Notes: generated by a model from the sequence alone, not told the origin. Counted from the first letter of the whole stretch, positions 30,443 through 41,515 are shown. The stretch is DNA of 64,000 nucleotides, filler included, from a bacterium (GCA_040757115.1; 9 parts of 9 records of this genome joined end to end with filler, not necessarily neighbours in it), one strand, 5' to 3'. Made by a program: numbers and translations.

Positions 30443-32167
30443 CTATATTTTTCTATAAATATCGAAATCCCCGAAATTCTTTTCTAACTTAAATCTTGTT
30501 TTTAATATTGGTGATGGGTCATAATCTATTTGGTCGTAGAAACTTTTTCTCACTATTATCCATTTAATTTGAGGGTTACTTATTGTTTCTTCCAGACTCT
30601 TATAATTTCCCCCTGTCCAAAAAGGTAGTTTTCCAATTTCAATAAATAAGTATATATTGCTTGCATAGGCAATGTCATATTGAGTAAGAACCAATTCATT
30701 TGGCTTAATAGACTTTTTAAGATATGAAGTTGCCTCTTTAAATCCTTTTTCTCCATAGCAATATCTAGTAGAATAAATTGCCTTTTTTTGTATCAAATCA
30801 AGACTTATATTTGCAGAGATTAATGATAGAAAAGTTCCTAATGTTATAACCTTTAATAAATTATAATCTCTCTTAATAATCTTTATTATACTTATTACAC
30901 CTATAAAAAGTATTAAATAAGAGAGAATTGATAGAAGGTTTTTTGTCACTATGATTTTTAATTTAATTGGATTAGCCATTACACCTGATTTTAGAGCAAA
31001 AGGTGACAAAAGTGGATTACCTACTACAAATAGGCAATATATAGTACTCAAAAGAATTAAACAAATAGATAACATCACCTCTTTTTGGGTAAATTTAAGA
31101 TGTTGGATGACAAATACTGATATTACAATCGAGAAAGCAGGTAACATCGGATGATGATAAAGTATAAATCCTGCACCATGTATTTTAGTTAAAATAAAGA
31201 TAATAAAAATAATGCTTCCATATAGAATTAATAAGTCAATCAACATTAATTCTTTATTTTTAAAGTATCTCTTTATCGCTTCTACAAGACTAAAGATTAT
31301 TATGAGTATAAAAAATGGTGATGTCCAGAAGACTACATTTCTCAATACTGCAAATGATACCAATAAATCTTTTAACATATTAGATGGCAAAGATACTTTA
31401 TTTAGAAGAGGACCAAAGTTATGTTCAAATGGTGTCCAAAATGGATAAGAAAATAACTTACAATATAATCCCCAGGTAAATAAAAATAGACAACTTCCCA
31501 GACTAAAGATAATTAATGGTTGAACTATAGCTTTTTTAAAATCTCTATTAATTATATGATATAGGAAAATAGTTGGTAATAATAGAAGTGCGTGAAATTT
31601 TACCCATAATAACACTCCAAATAAAATACCAGGTAAAATATTATTTTTGTAACTATATTTTTTAATTCCAGATTTGATAAAAAGTAAAAGAAATAAGGTT
31701 GAGAGTGGTGTGAGAAGAGTTGTGCACATCACTAAACTACCTTGAATTACCGCAGGATTTATCGAAAATAAAAATATAGCAACTCCTCCTATCAGAAAAA
31801 CTTTGTCATTGTCTTTGAAGACTTCCTTTGAGATTAGATAAATTAAGAGTAAATTACATAAAAAGCAAAAAATCTGAATTAACCGAACACTGAAATCCGC
31901 TCCATAGAATAGTTTTAAAAATAAGGCTATTATATATGCATGTAGCAACGGATGTGTATGAGGATAAGGACCAAAATTTATCCCCTGGTGATAATAAGGC
32001 ACTCCATTAAAAATGATACCTTTACCCAGGAGGAGATGTTCTAATTCATCTGTGATAAAAGGTGTATTGGTAAATGGTAGAATTAAAAAAAAATATATTA
32101 TTAGACTTATTATGGATAGGATAATAAATATTAGATGGGGCTTTTTTATTGTAGGAATTGAATTCAT
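30443..32167 (-). CDS. ArnT/PMT-like (GT-C) membrane glycosyltransferase
   Basis: TDE after first TM, HPLLH, VRL, WVKF, many TM helices. Confidence 0.82.
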   Translation of the reverse strand: MNSIPTIKKPHLIFIILSIISLIIYFFLILPFTNTPFITDELEHLLLGKGIIFNGVPYYHQGINFGPYPHTHPLLHAYIIALFLKLFYGADFSVRLIQIFCFLCNLLLIYLISKEVFKDNDKVFLIGGVAIFLFSINPAVIQGSLVMCTTLLTPLSTLFLLLFIKSGIKKYSYKNNILPGILFGVLLWVKFHALLLLPTIFLYHIINRDFKKAIVQPLIIFSLGSCLFLFTWGLYCKLFSYPFWTPFEHNFGPLLNKVSLPSNMLKDLLVSFAVLRNVVFWTSPFFILIIIFSLVEAIKRYFKNKELMLIDLLILYGSIIFIIFILTKIHGAGFILYHHPMLPAFSIVISVFVIQHLKFTQKEVMLSICLILLSTIYCLFVVGNPLLSPFALKSGVMANPIKLKIIVTKNLLSILSYLILFIGVISIIKIIKRDYNLLKVITLGTFLSLISANISLDLIQKKAIYSTRYCYGEKGFKEATSYLKKSIKPNELVLTQYDIAYASNIYLFIEIGKLPFWTGGNYKSLEETISNPQIKWIIVRKSFYDQIDYDPSPILKTRFKLEKNFGDFDIYRKI

Positions 32168-32462
32168 CTTGATACTTTCCTTTTTTTGATATAAAGATAA
32201 TAACCGAATATCCCAATTATAAGAAATAATGAAAGCCCTATTAGACCATATATTAGCTGATTATACATTGAATCAAAAATTCTAAGATAATGTTCAACAG
32301 GTAATGTTTTTTTCCAACCCATGTAATAAACTTCTTCAGTGAGATGGTCTCCAAAGGATATAAAAAAATCTTTCCAGATGGTTAAAATTGCTATTAACCC
32401 ACTACAAAGAATCGCTCCAAAACTACCTATTGGTACAATATATGTTTTTATATTTATATTAT
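32164..32462 (-). pseudogene. 3' fragment of a membrane-protein gene truncated by the IS1634 end
   Basis: Open frame with TM segments ending ...YIKKRKVSR* in ATGA overlap with the GT gene. Confidence 0.55.
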
Positions 32463-32838
32463 CCCAACTTCGCCGCTTTAAAAAATAAGTCTTGTATTAT
32501 CAACAACTTACAGAGTAGAGAGGTTGAGTTTTGGCACTACAGTATGAATCCCCACAAAATGATTTGACTGTTTTCCCTAGTTGATAAGGTAACTCCAAGG
32601 CATTATAAATCTCTTGATGAGATAATTCAGCCTTTGAGGATTTTCTTATCTGCATCAATTGACCATCCTTCCTTTTCAGCGTTGTGGTTATCCGGACTTG
32701 CCTCGACAATATCTGGCGAATCCTTGACCAACTATCTTGTATCCCTTTTCGTCGTCCCTTGAAACGAATGGTCTGTCCAATATGATAAGCAATCACCGTA
32801 ATAAAAAGATGCCCATCTACTCTCTCCTCTTTCTGAGG
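32463..32838 (-). pseudogene. IS1634-family transposase C-terminal fragment with right end
   Basis: QKEERVDGHLFITVIAYH...SWSRIRQILS...IRKSSKAE...EIYNAL; terminal AAGTTGGG. Confidence 0.8.
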
Positions 32839-32899
32839 GATGGGATGGGTTAATTGGCTAATGATAGATTGGGTAGAGGATTATAATAGTTTGTCATCG

Positions 32900-33128
32900 C
32901 GAATTATTCAGCCACAGATAAACACGGATGAAACACTGAAGATTCGTGAATCGTGTCCGTTTTTCGTGTCCGTAATTAGGCTCAAGGTTGAAGGCAAATT
33001 CAGGTATAGTGCCTCGTGTCTCCTATCCTTCTCCGCTTCTCCCTTTCTCATCTGTCCTCTGCCTTCTATCTTCTATCCTCTACTATTTATCCGTGTCAAT
33101 CTGTGTCAATCAGTGGCTGAACAGTTAC
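32900..33128. mobile_element. IS66-ended MITE (degenerate left end), inverted relative of 12463-12731
   Basis: TATTCAGCCACAGATAAACACGGATGAAACAC ... ATCAGTGGCTGAACAGTTAC. Confidence 0.8.
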
Positions 33129-34150
33129 GATAATTGTTTTTCTACAGCCATTAATATCCGTTCCGGGGTAATTTGTGCCATACAGTTATAGAATGGGCAT
33201 TTTTGTAATCTGCACCGTTTATATTGGCATTTTATCTCATCAGGCATAAGCACTGTATGTCCTTCTCCCGGAGGTCCCCATTTAGCCGAGCTTTGAGTGC
33301 GAATGGGTGGAAATAAAGCTATTACTGGCTTACCCAGCCCGGCCGCGATGTGCATTGGTCCGGTGCTGGGTCCAATAAAAAGATGATAAAATGAATACAC
33401 AGCCATTAATTGTCCCAGAGTCGTCTGGCCGGCTAAATTAACTGGTTGAGAGTATGTTTGAGGCAATATTCTCTCCACCTCTTCTTTACTTCCACTTAAC
33501 ACGACCTTTACCCCGTATTTTTCACTCAAAAGGTCAATTAAACGACCATACAGATGCTCAGGCCAATTTAAAGCAGACCCCCCACTCCCAGGATGGATAC
33601 CAATTAAAGGAATGGTATTCCCTACCTGATATTTTTCCAATAAAGATTGAGCGTATTCTTTATCTTCTTTCTTTATCTGTAGTCGAATTTTTTCTCTTAC
33701 AGATTGAACACCCGCTTTTTCAACTAATTTCAGGCAATAGTCCATTTCATGATGAACAATTTTTGTGCGGTGAATATATGCCTTCTGGTTAAATAAGATA
33801 CCAACTGGTTTATATCCTGTTCCTATTCGCCAGGGTATACCACTTAACCAACAGAGCCAGCCATTTCGCCAATTTGGATAAAGAACTATTGCCAGGTCAA
33901 ATCTTTTTTCTGCTATCTGCCGGGCTAATTCAAACACATCCTGATTCCGGTCAATAATTATCTCATCTATATCGGGATTATTCCATAAAATCTCCTGCGT
34001 ATATTCCCGAATTAAAACCCCAATATGAGCATCAGGATAACCTTTTCTTAAGGATGCTATCGCGGGTAGACTTAAGATTAAATCACCTATTCGGTCATTT
34101 CTTACCACAAGTATCTTTTTTACCTTGCCGCTATTTTCTAATTTAGTCAT
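33125..34150 (-). CDS. Glycosyltransferase family 9 (LPS heptosyltransferase-like)
   Basis: ILVVRNDRIGDLIL, IHPGSG, STGPMHIAAGLGKPVIALF. Confidence 0.92.
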   Translation of the reverse strand: MTKLENSGKVKKILVVRNDRIGDLILSLPAIASLRKGYPDAHIGVLIREYTQEILWNNPDIDEIIIDRNQDVFELARQIAEKRFDLAIVLYPNWRNGWLCWLSGIPWRIGTGYKPVGILFNQKAYIHRTKIVHHEMDYCLKLVEKAGVQSVREKIRLQIKKEDKEYAQSLLEKYQVGNTIPLIGIHPGSGGSALNWPEHLYGRLIDLLSEKYGVKVVLSGSKEEVERILPQTYSQPVNLAGQTTLGQLMAVYSFYHLFIGPSTGPMHIAAGLGKPVIALFPPIRTQSSAKWGPPGEGHTVLMPDEIKCQYKRCRLQKCPFYNCMAQITPERILMAVEKQLS

Positions 34151-34899
34151 TTTGGATTTTGAATTTTTGAGTGGGTCATTTCCCACAATTTAGCATACTT
34201 TACTAATCGATGAAAAGAGGAAAAGATTGCCCATAAAAAGCCTTGAGTCCCATCTAAAAATCCTAATTTAAAAATATATCGGCTAATGAAATCTACGCAG
34301 GAAAGTAAAATTTGTAGCGTAAATATTACTTTTTCTCCCTGGTTAAATTTTTTTAAAGCCTCAATACCGGAATATTGATTAAACCTTTCGAAATAATCTC
34401 TAATATCTTTGTAACTAAAATGAAGGATATAATTTTTAAAATAGCCTATTTCTCCATCAATAAACAGGTCTTCATGAACCAGGGCTTGAGTAAATTTAGC
34501 CTTTTGTCTTTTGAACAACCGGATATGTTTTTCGTGACCACAGCCGCCATATCGCAATTCTCTGCCAAGCCAGTAGAATTTAAACGGAATGTAATACCCA
34601 TCTTTATTTAGTTGGCTCTGGAGTATTTCATCTTTTAGTTGCGCTGTTACTCGTTCATCTGCATCAATGCTCAATACCCACTCTGATGTTGCCTTTTCTA
34701 AAGCAAATTGTTTTTGAAGACCGTATCCTTCCCATTTTCTCTGGATTATTTTATCCGTATATTCCTTACAAATCTCAACCGTTTTATCACTGCTTTTAGA
34801 ATCCACAACCACTATTTCATCTGCCCATTTGACACTTTCTAAACAATCCTTGATATTCTCTTCTTCGTTATAGGTAATGATGATGACAGATATACCCAA
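34147..34899 (-). CDS. Glycosyltransferase family 2 (WaaE/KdtX-like LPS glucosyltransferase)
   Basis: ISVIIITYNEE, VVDSKSSD, WVLSIDADE, VHE, GFLDG. Confidence 0.92.
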   Translation of the reverse strand: MGISVIIITYNEEENIKDCLESVKWADEIVVVDSKSSDKTVEICKEYTDKIIQRKWEGYGLQKQFALEKATSEWVLSIDADERVTAQLKDEILQSQLNKDGYYIPFKFYWLGRELRYGGCGHEKHIRLFKRQKAKFTQALVHEDLFIDGEIGYFKNYILHFSYKDIRDYFERFNQYSGIEALKKFNQGEKVIFTLQILLSCVDFISRYIFKLGFLDGTQGFLWAIFSSFHRLVKYAKLWEMTHSKIQNPK

Positions 34900-35007
34900 T
34901 TCCCTTTCTCCAAAATTATATTATCATAGAATTGTTGAACTGTCAATAAAAATGTTGCCAGCGGATGTGTGTAATAAAAAGGGGATAGAATTATTTTGGA
35001 TTTTGGA

Positions 35008-35415
35008 TTAAAATAAATTATTAAAGTAATCTTGCAATATCTTTTTATGGTCGAAGGCAAGGTTTTGGGGTAGGGTTTCTTGAGTGAAAACCCCTATTTG
35101 TTTGGCATCATCATCTGCTTTAGGTGTGCCCGTTGCTCTGGCGAGATAAACGGTGGTAATGGTGTGGTGTCTTGGGTCTCTTTCCGGATTTGAGTAAGTA
35201 TGGAATTGTTTTATCAGCTGGACATCAAGTGAAGTTTCTTCTTTTGCCTCGCGGACGGCGGTTTGTTCTAAACTCTCACCATAATCAACAAATCCACCCG
35301 GAATTGCCCAGCCATAAGGTGGATTTTTGCGATTAATTAAAATAATCCCTTTATCTTCCAACTCAATGATTATATCAACTGTAGGAATAGGATTTTTATA
35401 TCTTTTTTGTCTCAC
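35008..35415 (-). CDS. NUDIX hydrolase
   Basis: Nudix box [24 protein letters not shown]. Confidence 0.95.
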   Translation of the reverse strand: MRQKRYKNPIPTVDIIIELEDKGIILINRKNPPYGWAIPGGFVDYGESLEQTAVREAKEETSLDVQLIKQFHTYSNPERDPRHHTITTVYLARATGTPKADDDAKQIGVFTQETLPQNLAFDHKKILQDYFNNLF

Positions 35416-36221
35416 TTGACTATAATCCCCGCATAACCCACGACTTGTTGATAATCTCCTGTTGTCTCACCTGAGGTCGTGTATTTGACCAGTTCTGCCT
35501 CTTTAGCCCCTAATTCTTTAGCCGCAACTAACATAATCACCGCCGGGATGTATCCACACATAGTAATATGGAAGATATGGACATTTTCCAGAAGTATCTC
35601 TTCGTCTAATTTTAAGATAGAATCAATGGCTATTTTATCCTTGCGCTGGGCATCCTCATGAGACTCATAATGAGTCATATCTGATGAGGCAATTATGACT
35701 ACCTTTTTTGAGAGATTTTTAAGGATTTTACCTATCTCAAGTCCTAACTGTTTATAATCCTCATCTCTGGAATGACTTACGCAAATTGGGACGATTTGAA
35801 AGGCATTTTCTTTAAATAGAACCTGAAGAAAAGGAAGTTGAACTTCAATTGAATGTTCGTAAAGATGGGCAAGATGGTCTTCTTGCAGATGTTTTGACGA
35901 AGATAGAAGTTGGTCAGCGAGCTGGAAATCAATCGGAACACTCCCTAATGCTGTTTCCCAAATACCTTTAGTCATAATCGCAAATGGTTTGCCGTAGCCA
36001 GTATGATTTGGGCATAGAATAATAAAGGTTTGAGCAGGTTTAATCCTTGAATAAACTGCCCCAGCCGTAGAGCCAGAATAGATATAACCAGCATGTGGGG
36101 CAATTAACCCGATAACCTCTTCCTGAACAGCATCAGCTATGAGATAGTTTTTTATCTCCTCTTCCAACCTTTCTGGATTCCCTGGATAAAACTGTCCTGC
36201 GACTACAGGTCTTCTTATCAT
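35412..36221 (-). CDS. amrB: AmmeMemoRadiSam system protein B (MEMO1 family)
   Basis: [53 protein letters not shown]. Confidence 0.93.
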   Translation of the reverse strand: MIRRPVVAGQFYPGNPERLEEEIKNYLIADAVQEEVIGLIAPHAGYIYSGSTAGAVYSRIKPAQTFIILCPNHTGYGKPFAIMTKGIWETALGSVPIDFQLADQLLSSSKHLQEDHLAHLYEHSIEVQLPFLQVLFKENAFQIVPICVSHSRDEDYKQLGLEIGKILKNLSKKVVIIASSDMTHYESHEDAQRKDKIAIDSILKLDEEILLENVHIFHITMCGYIPAVIMLVAAKELGAKEAELVKYTTSGETTGDYQQVVGYAGIIVK

Positions 36222-36433
36222 TTCTACCTCCTCCTATAGGGTTTCACGAAATTAAAAGCAAGTAACTGTTAACTAATTACCATTTACCAAAATATAAGGA
36301 TACCATATCTTGCTATATTTTGTCAAGAGGATAATTTTGAAACTTACCTATATCTCTGTAAACTTAAGGAATAATGGGAAATGGGGACGCACACAATTAT
36401 CTTGACATTTTAGCTTCCGGAGTTTAAGGTATT

Positions 36434-37069
36434 ATGCCACGGGTAGCGAGAATAATGATAGAAAACATTCCTTACCATGTCCCCCAACGAGGTAACAGGA
36501 GAGAGGATATATTTTTTGGAGATGAAGACCGCAAGAAGTATCTTGAATGGCTCAAGGTGTATTCAGAAAGATATGGATTAAAGATATGGGCGTATTGCTT
36601 GATGACAAACCATATCCATTTAGTAGTAGTTGCTTGTCATAAGGATTCCCTGGAAAAGACAATGCGTTCATTGCATACGAGGTATGCCATCCACATAAAT
36701 CGTTCAAGGGATTGGAGTGGTCACCTTTGGCAAGGATGATATTTTTCCAGTGCTCTTGACGAAGGATATTTATGGGCGGCTGTGCGTTATGTAGAGCTAA
36801 ATCCTGTGCGAGCTGGTATTATTCAAAATGCTGAAGATTATATGTGGTCAAGTGCTATGGCACATTGTGGGAAGAGAAAGGATAATATTCTTTCTTCTGA
36901 TTTTCCTCCGGCAGGAGTAGTAATAGATTGGTTGGGATGGCTTAGAGAGAGAGGGAAGCAGGAGGATATAGACATATTAAAGCGAAATACACAGAAGGGG
37001 TTACCTACTGGAAGAGAATCTTTTATGGAAAAGGTTATGAATCGGTCATTGAAGTTTAGGCTTCCATGA
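36434..37069 (+). pseudogene. REP-associated tyrosine transposase (RAYT) with internal TGA at 36737
   Basis: YHVPQRGNRR, YCLMTNHIHL, GHLWQG*YFS, RYVELNPVRAG, YMWSS; flanked by GGGGACGCACAC (36383) and GTGTGCGTCCCC (37109). Confidence 0.9.
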
Positions 37070-37170
37070 AGACCAAGAAAAGTGGAAGAAAAAGATGAGT
37101 AAAAAATAGTGTGCGTCCCCTATTCTACTATGAAAATTTAGTCTTCAGAACTGGTTTCAGAAAATAATCC

Positions 37171-37199
37171 TTGACATTTATTGGGCAGAATTATATAAT
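37171..37199 (+). promoter_or_regulatory. Consensus sigma70 promoter
   Basis: TTGACA-17 bp-TATAAT, 8 nt upstream of the ATG. Confidence 0.8.
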
Positions 37200-37207
37200 T
37201 TAAACAA

Positions 37208-37804
37208 ATGGCTATAATTTTCTTACCCAAGCCTAAAACCGCAGGGAAGATGTCTATTGAGGAGGCAATTGCGCGGAGGCAGTCCATACGCAACTTCAGA
37301 CAGGACCCACTTACACTCGAACAGTTATCCCAACTTCTCTGGTCAGCACAAGGAATAACTGAACAATTCCGTCGTGCTGTTCCTTCGGCTGGGGCAACTT
37401 ATCCTTTAGAGGTTTTTGCCGTAATTGGCATAGTTGAAGGAATGAATTCTGGCGTGCATCATTATCATCCAATGAAACATAGCCTTGAGCTAATTAAAGA
37501 AGGGGATTTTAGAAGGGAATTAGCCTCAGCCGCACTTAATCAGGAATTCATTGCCTGTGCACCACTGGATATTGTTATTTGTGCCGAATATAGCCGAACA
37601 ACCTTCAGATATGGCAGTCGTGGCGAAAAATATGTCTATATGGAGGTAGGTCATGCAGGACAAAATCTTTCTTTAATCGCAGAAACATTAGGATTAGGCA
37701 CAGTCGTTATTGGCGCATTCATTGATGAGGAAGTAACCCGATGTTTAAGTCTGCCTAAAAAATTTGCCCCATTATATATTATGCCATTTGGCTATCCAGG
37801 ATAA
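37208..37804 (+). CDS. SagB/ThcOx-family nitroreductase
   Basis: RRQSIRNF, LSQLLWSAQG, PSAGATYPLE, EVGHAGQN, IGAF. Confidence 0.9.
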   Translation: MAIIFLPKPKTAGKMSIEEAIARRQSIRNFRQDPLTLEQLSQLLWSAQGITEQFRRAVPSAGATYPLEVFAVIGIVEGMNSGVHHYHPMKHSLELIKEGDFRRELASAALNQEFIACAPLDIVICAEYSRTTFRYGSRGEKYVYMEVGHAGQNLSLIAETLGLGTVVIGAFIDEEVTRCLSLPKKFAPLYIMPFGYPG

Positions 37805-37806
37805 AA

Positions 37807-38721
37807 ATGTATCCACTTATTATTATTGCCGGACCGACTGCGGTCGGTAAAACAGAATTAGCTCATCTGCTTGCTCAAAAATCAGGTGGAGAGATTATCT
37901 CTGCTGATTCAAGACAGGTATATCGCTATATGGACATTGGCACGGCAAAACCTGATAAACTTCTCTGTCAGGAACTTCCATATCATTTGATAGATATCGT
38001 TTATCCAGATGAAAATTGGACTGTGGCTGACTTTAAAGAAAAAGCAGAGGAAACAATTACTAAGGTTCATTCGCACAAACGGTTTCCTTTCTTAGTTGGC
38101 GGCACAGGATTATACATCAAGGCAATCACTACTGGCCTTTTTCCCTCTCCAGCCCCTTCTGCGACTATTCGCCATAATCTTCAACTCCAGCTGACCCAAT
38201 TTGGCACCGCATACCTTTATGACAAACTTTGTCAGGTGGATAAAGAAAAGGCAGAAAAATTAAATCCAAATGATACCCGCAGAATAATTCGGGCATTAGA
38301 AGTATTCTATCAAACAGGAATACCCATCTCTCAACTTCAACAGCATAAAACTCAGAAAAAAGATTATAATCTTATTATGATTTGTTTAAATAAAGAGCGT
38401 GATAAGTTATATTGTCAGATTAATGAACGGGTAGATAGGATGATAAAACAAGGATTTGTGGAGGAAGTCCAATCTTTACTTAAAATGGGTTATAATGAAA
38501 ATTTAATCGCTATGGAAGCCGTTGGGTATAAACAGATAATTAGTTATTTGAAAGGGGATTATGATTTAAATGAAACAATTGAAATGATAAAACAACAAAC
38601 ACGAAATTTTGCCAAACGCCAGCTTACATGGTTTCGTGCAGAAAAAAGATTTACCTGGTTTTCACCGAAAGATAAAGATAAAATCTATGAGTTTATTTTG
38701 AATTCACTAAAAATCAATTGA
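37807..38721 (+). CDS. miaA: tRNA dimethylallyltransferase
   Basis: GPTAVGKT, SADSRQVY..MDIGTAKP, VGGTGLY, FAKRQLTWF. Confidence 0.97.
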   Translation: MYPLIIIAGPTAVGKTELAHLLAQKSGGEIISADSRQVYRYMDIGTAKPDKLLCQELPYHLIDIVYPDENWTVADFKEKAEETITKVHSHKRFPFLVGGTGLYIKAITTGLFPSPAPSATIRHNLQLQLTQFGTAYLYDKLCQVDKEKAEKLNPNDTRRIIRALEVFYQTGIPISQLQQHKTQKKDYNLIMICLNKERDKLYCQINERVDRMIKQGFVEEVQSLLKMGYNENLIAMEAVGYKQIISYLKGDYDLNETIEMIKQQTRNFAKRQLTWFRAEKRFTWFSPKDKDKIYEFILNSLKIN

Positions 38722-38752
38722 CATCTTAAGATGTTTGTGTTATATTAATTTT

Positions 38753-39136
38753 ATGTATCGAGTAAGAGTTGAGGCACAATTTTGTGCCGCACATAAAATA
38801 ATAGGTCATCAAGATAAATGCTCCAAACTCCATGGACATAATTGGAATGTAGAAGTAATTGTGAGCAATGATAAACTAAATAAATCAGGGATGATTATCG
38901 ATTTTGATGAATTAAAAGAGTGGACGAAAAAGGTCATTGAACCTTTAGACCATCAAAATCTGAACGAACTAAAACCTTTTTCAAATTCAAGCCCAACCGC
39001 AGAGGCAATTGCCCAATATCTTTATCTTGAACTACAAAAATTATTGAGTCAAGTCAAACTTGAAGAGGTAAAGGTCTGGGAAACGCCCACCTGCTGGGCA
39101 TCTTATTCAAGGCAGGATTTTTATGGAGGCGAATGA
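38753..39136 (+). CDS. queD: 6-carboxytetrahydropterin synthase
   Basis: FCAAH, CSKLHGHNW, LDHQNLN, PTAEAIA, WET. Confidence 0.93.
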   Translation: MYRVRVEAQFCAAHKIIGHQDKCSKLHGHNWNVEVIVSNDKLNKSGMIIDFDELKEWTKKVIEPLDHQNLNELKPFSNSSPTAEAIAQYLYLELQKLLSQVKLEEVKVWETPTCWASYSRQDFYGGE

Positions 39137-39333
39137 TGAGAGAATGTAATGTTGCCCAGAATAAAAAAGGGTGCACTTGCACCTATGACCCCTGTCCTCG
39201 GAAGGGTATTTGTTGCGAATGTATTCAATACCACTGGCGTATGAAACAACTACCAGGCTGTTTATTTCCACCAAATGTTGAAAGAACTTATGATAGGTCA
39301 ATAGAAAAATTTATCCAGACATATCAAAGGTAG
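39133..39333 (+). CDS. Small Cys-rich protein (DUF6485-like)
   Basis: CTCTYDPCPRKGICCECIQYH...LPGCLF. Confidence 0.75.
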   Translation: MMRECNVAQNKKGCTCTYDPCPRKGICCECIQYHWRMKQLPGCLFPPNVERTYDRSIEKFIQTYQR

Positions 39334-39336
39334 AAG

Positions 39337-39929
39337 TAAATAAATGAAAATAAAAGGTAACTGTTCACCGCAGAGACACAGAGACGCAGAGAAAAAAATT
39401 AAAATCTATGGATGAGACGCTTAACATCCCCGGGCAAGCTCTTGAGTACAACAACATTAAACTTGCCCTGATGAAAATCAGGAATGGATTAACAAATCTG
39501 GCTTGTCTGCTGAACATTCGGCAAGCAGGTCATAAGTATTTCAATGTCTGCATCAATAATCTTTTATGTGATCTAATTTATTTTTATGTTTTCTCTGTTC
39601 CTCTGCGTCTCTGCGGTAAATTACCACCTGAATTTTTCTACCGGAGGGAAGAACTATGCCAGAAAAGTTGTTGCTCGGTCAAATATTGGTAGAGGAAGGA
39701 GTGCTAACGAAAGAAGAACTCCATCAGGCATTGTTAGAGCAAAAGAAGTCTAACAAAAGATTAGGAAGAATATTGGTTGATTTGGGGTTTCTATCAGAAG
39801 AAATAATAATAGACCATTTAACTCATCAAATCACGGATATTTTGGAAGAATGTGAGGATATTACTTCTCATTTAGTCCGGAAATCACACGAGTTAATTAG
39901 AGAAAAACCCATAATTTATAAAAAAACTC
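39337..39929 (+). repeat. Direct repeat of 52093-52680 (MITE plus 5' part of the MshEN gene; truncated copy 39656-39929)
   Basis: Coding part near-identical up to AAAAAAACTC; upstream MITE shared with indels. Confidence 0.92.
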
Positions 39930-40196
39930 CATTTAATCCATATCTTTCTGAATACACCTTGAGCCATTCAAGATACCTCTTGCGGTCTTCGTCTCCAAAA
40001 AATATATCCTCTCTCCTGTTACCTCGTTGGGTTACATGGTAAGGAATGTTTTCTATCATTATTCTCGCTACCCGTGGCATAATACCTTATATTATATAAC
40101 TCCGGAAGCTAAAATGTCAAGATAATTGTGTGCGTCCCCCATTTTCACACACATTTTCAACCAAAATGTCAAGATAATTGTGTGCGTCCCCATTTT
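39930..40196 (-). pseudogene. Inverted 5' fragment of the RAYT gene with its promoter and two REP copies
   Basis: Reverse complement of ~36380-36580; GTGTGCGTCCCC twice. Confidence 0.9.
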
Positions 40197-40282
40197 CAAC
40201 CCTGTTAATCCAATTCACCCCTTTCAATGGCAATATTATCAAGCCATTACCTCTGGTGGTGGTAATTTGACTACTGTCTATT

Positions 40283-41515
40283 TTATTCCATTACCAGTGA
40301 CTCAGCTATTATTTGCCAGATATATTTGACCTCAATATCGAGATTGTATTTGGGTTTCAATCCTCGCAGTATCTGGTCGCGGCAGTTGGAGCAGCCAACT
40401 ACAACTACTTCAGCCCCGGAGTTTTTTATAGCTTCAGCCTTTTTGCGGCCATAGTAATTTCGCTCTTCTTTGTATGGCCCTGCCCAGGCACCGCCACCCG
40501 CTCCACAGCAGAATGAATTGGCTCTGGTTGGATGCATCTCGACAAAATTATCTGTGCATTGTTCAAGAATCCACCGCGGTTCATCATACTTACCCTGGCC
40601 AAAGAACTGCTCTGCTACCCGTCCGTGCTTGCAGGAATCATGCCAGGTATGGAGTTTAGTATTCTTGCTCTTGTCAACCTTTATCCTGCCTTGCTTCAGG
40701 TATTCGATGATAATATCGTAGATGTAAAGATAATCAATGCTTAAATTCGCATCCTTTCCTTTCCATTTCTCAAGACCTAACCGGCAGCCAAAAGAACCAC
40801 CGCCGCAATCAGGCAGAATTAGCCGTTTGATATTGTGTTTTTTGACAAAGTCAATCTTTCTTCGGGCTAAGGTCATAGAAGCTTCCTCGTTGGCAGTAAA
40901 AAGCCCCCAATCCACTGCCTCCCAGTTATCTTTGGGAATAGTCCAGTCTGCACCAGAGGCATAAAATATCTTCCAGTACCATTTCATATCATCCGAATCT
41001 GCCGAAATCTCTTTGGAATTAGGGTAAAAGGCAACATCAGCACCATCTTTGTCTATGGGAAGCTTAAAATCAGCAAACCCTTCTTCTTCTCGCAGTTCTT
41101 CCTCAACCATTTCTAAAACCTGGAAATATACCGCTTCAGGAATACCCATATTATTTCCAGTAGCCAGCGCCTTTTCTGTCCCCTTATGTAGCACCCCAGG
41201 CACCTTATCCCTGGGCCTAAGAGCCTTCATTAATTCCATTATGTGAACAATGTCAACCTTCATTGGGCAAGCATACATACATCTTCCACAAATGGTGCAA
41301 ACCCAGGGGAATTTGGAGTCAACTACTTCATCCACCATCCCGTAAACTAACTTCCGCAGAACCTTACGGATATCCCATCCTTCAAGGTCACCCAAAATCC
41401 CTGAAACCGCACAACCTCCGGCACATGTCCCGCAAGTTAAGCAAGTATTTAAGTCTGCATGTTGCAAAATCTCTTTAATCTCCTCAGATACCTTTTTGGG
41501 TTGAATAGATTCCAT
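40283..41515 (-). CDS. HdrD/GlpC-like Fe-S oxidoreductase with 4Fe-4S dicluster and CCG domain
   Basis: CLTCGTCAGGC, CTICGRCMYACP, WHDSCKHGR, CCGAGGG, CSNC. Confidence 0.88.
   Translation of the reverse strand: MESIQPKKVSEEIKEILQHADLNTCLTCGTCAGGCAVSGILGDLEGWDIRKVLRKLVYGMVDEVVDSKFPWVCTICGRCMYACPMKVDIVHIMELMKALRPRDKVPGVLHKGTEKALATGNNMGIPEAVYFQVLEMVEEELREEEGFADFKLPIDKDGADVAFYPNSKEISADSDDMKWYWKIFYASGADWTIPKDNWEAVDWGLFTANEEASMTLARRKIDFVKKHNIKRLILPDCGGGSFGCRLGLEKWKGKDANLSIDYLYIYDIIIEYLKQGRIKVDKSKNTKLHTWHDSCKHGRVAEQFFGQGKYDEPRWILEQCTDNFVEMHPTRANSFCCGAGGGAWAGPYKEERNYYGRKKAEAIKNSGAEVVVVGCSNCRDQILRGLKPKYNLDIEVKYIWQIIAESLVME

Noticed and set aside
36737-36739. In-frame TGA here and at 55887 as stop-codon reassignment or selenocysteine
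   Set aside because: The positions correspond to different expected residues (Arg, probably Gly) in accessory genes, and TGA terminates hemC and leuS normally
39656-40042. 128-aa ORF as a genuine protein
   Set aside because: Its C-terminal part is read from the antisense strand of the RAYT fragment; treated as a truncated duplicate
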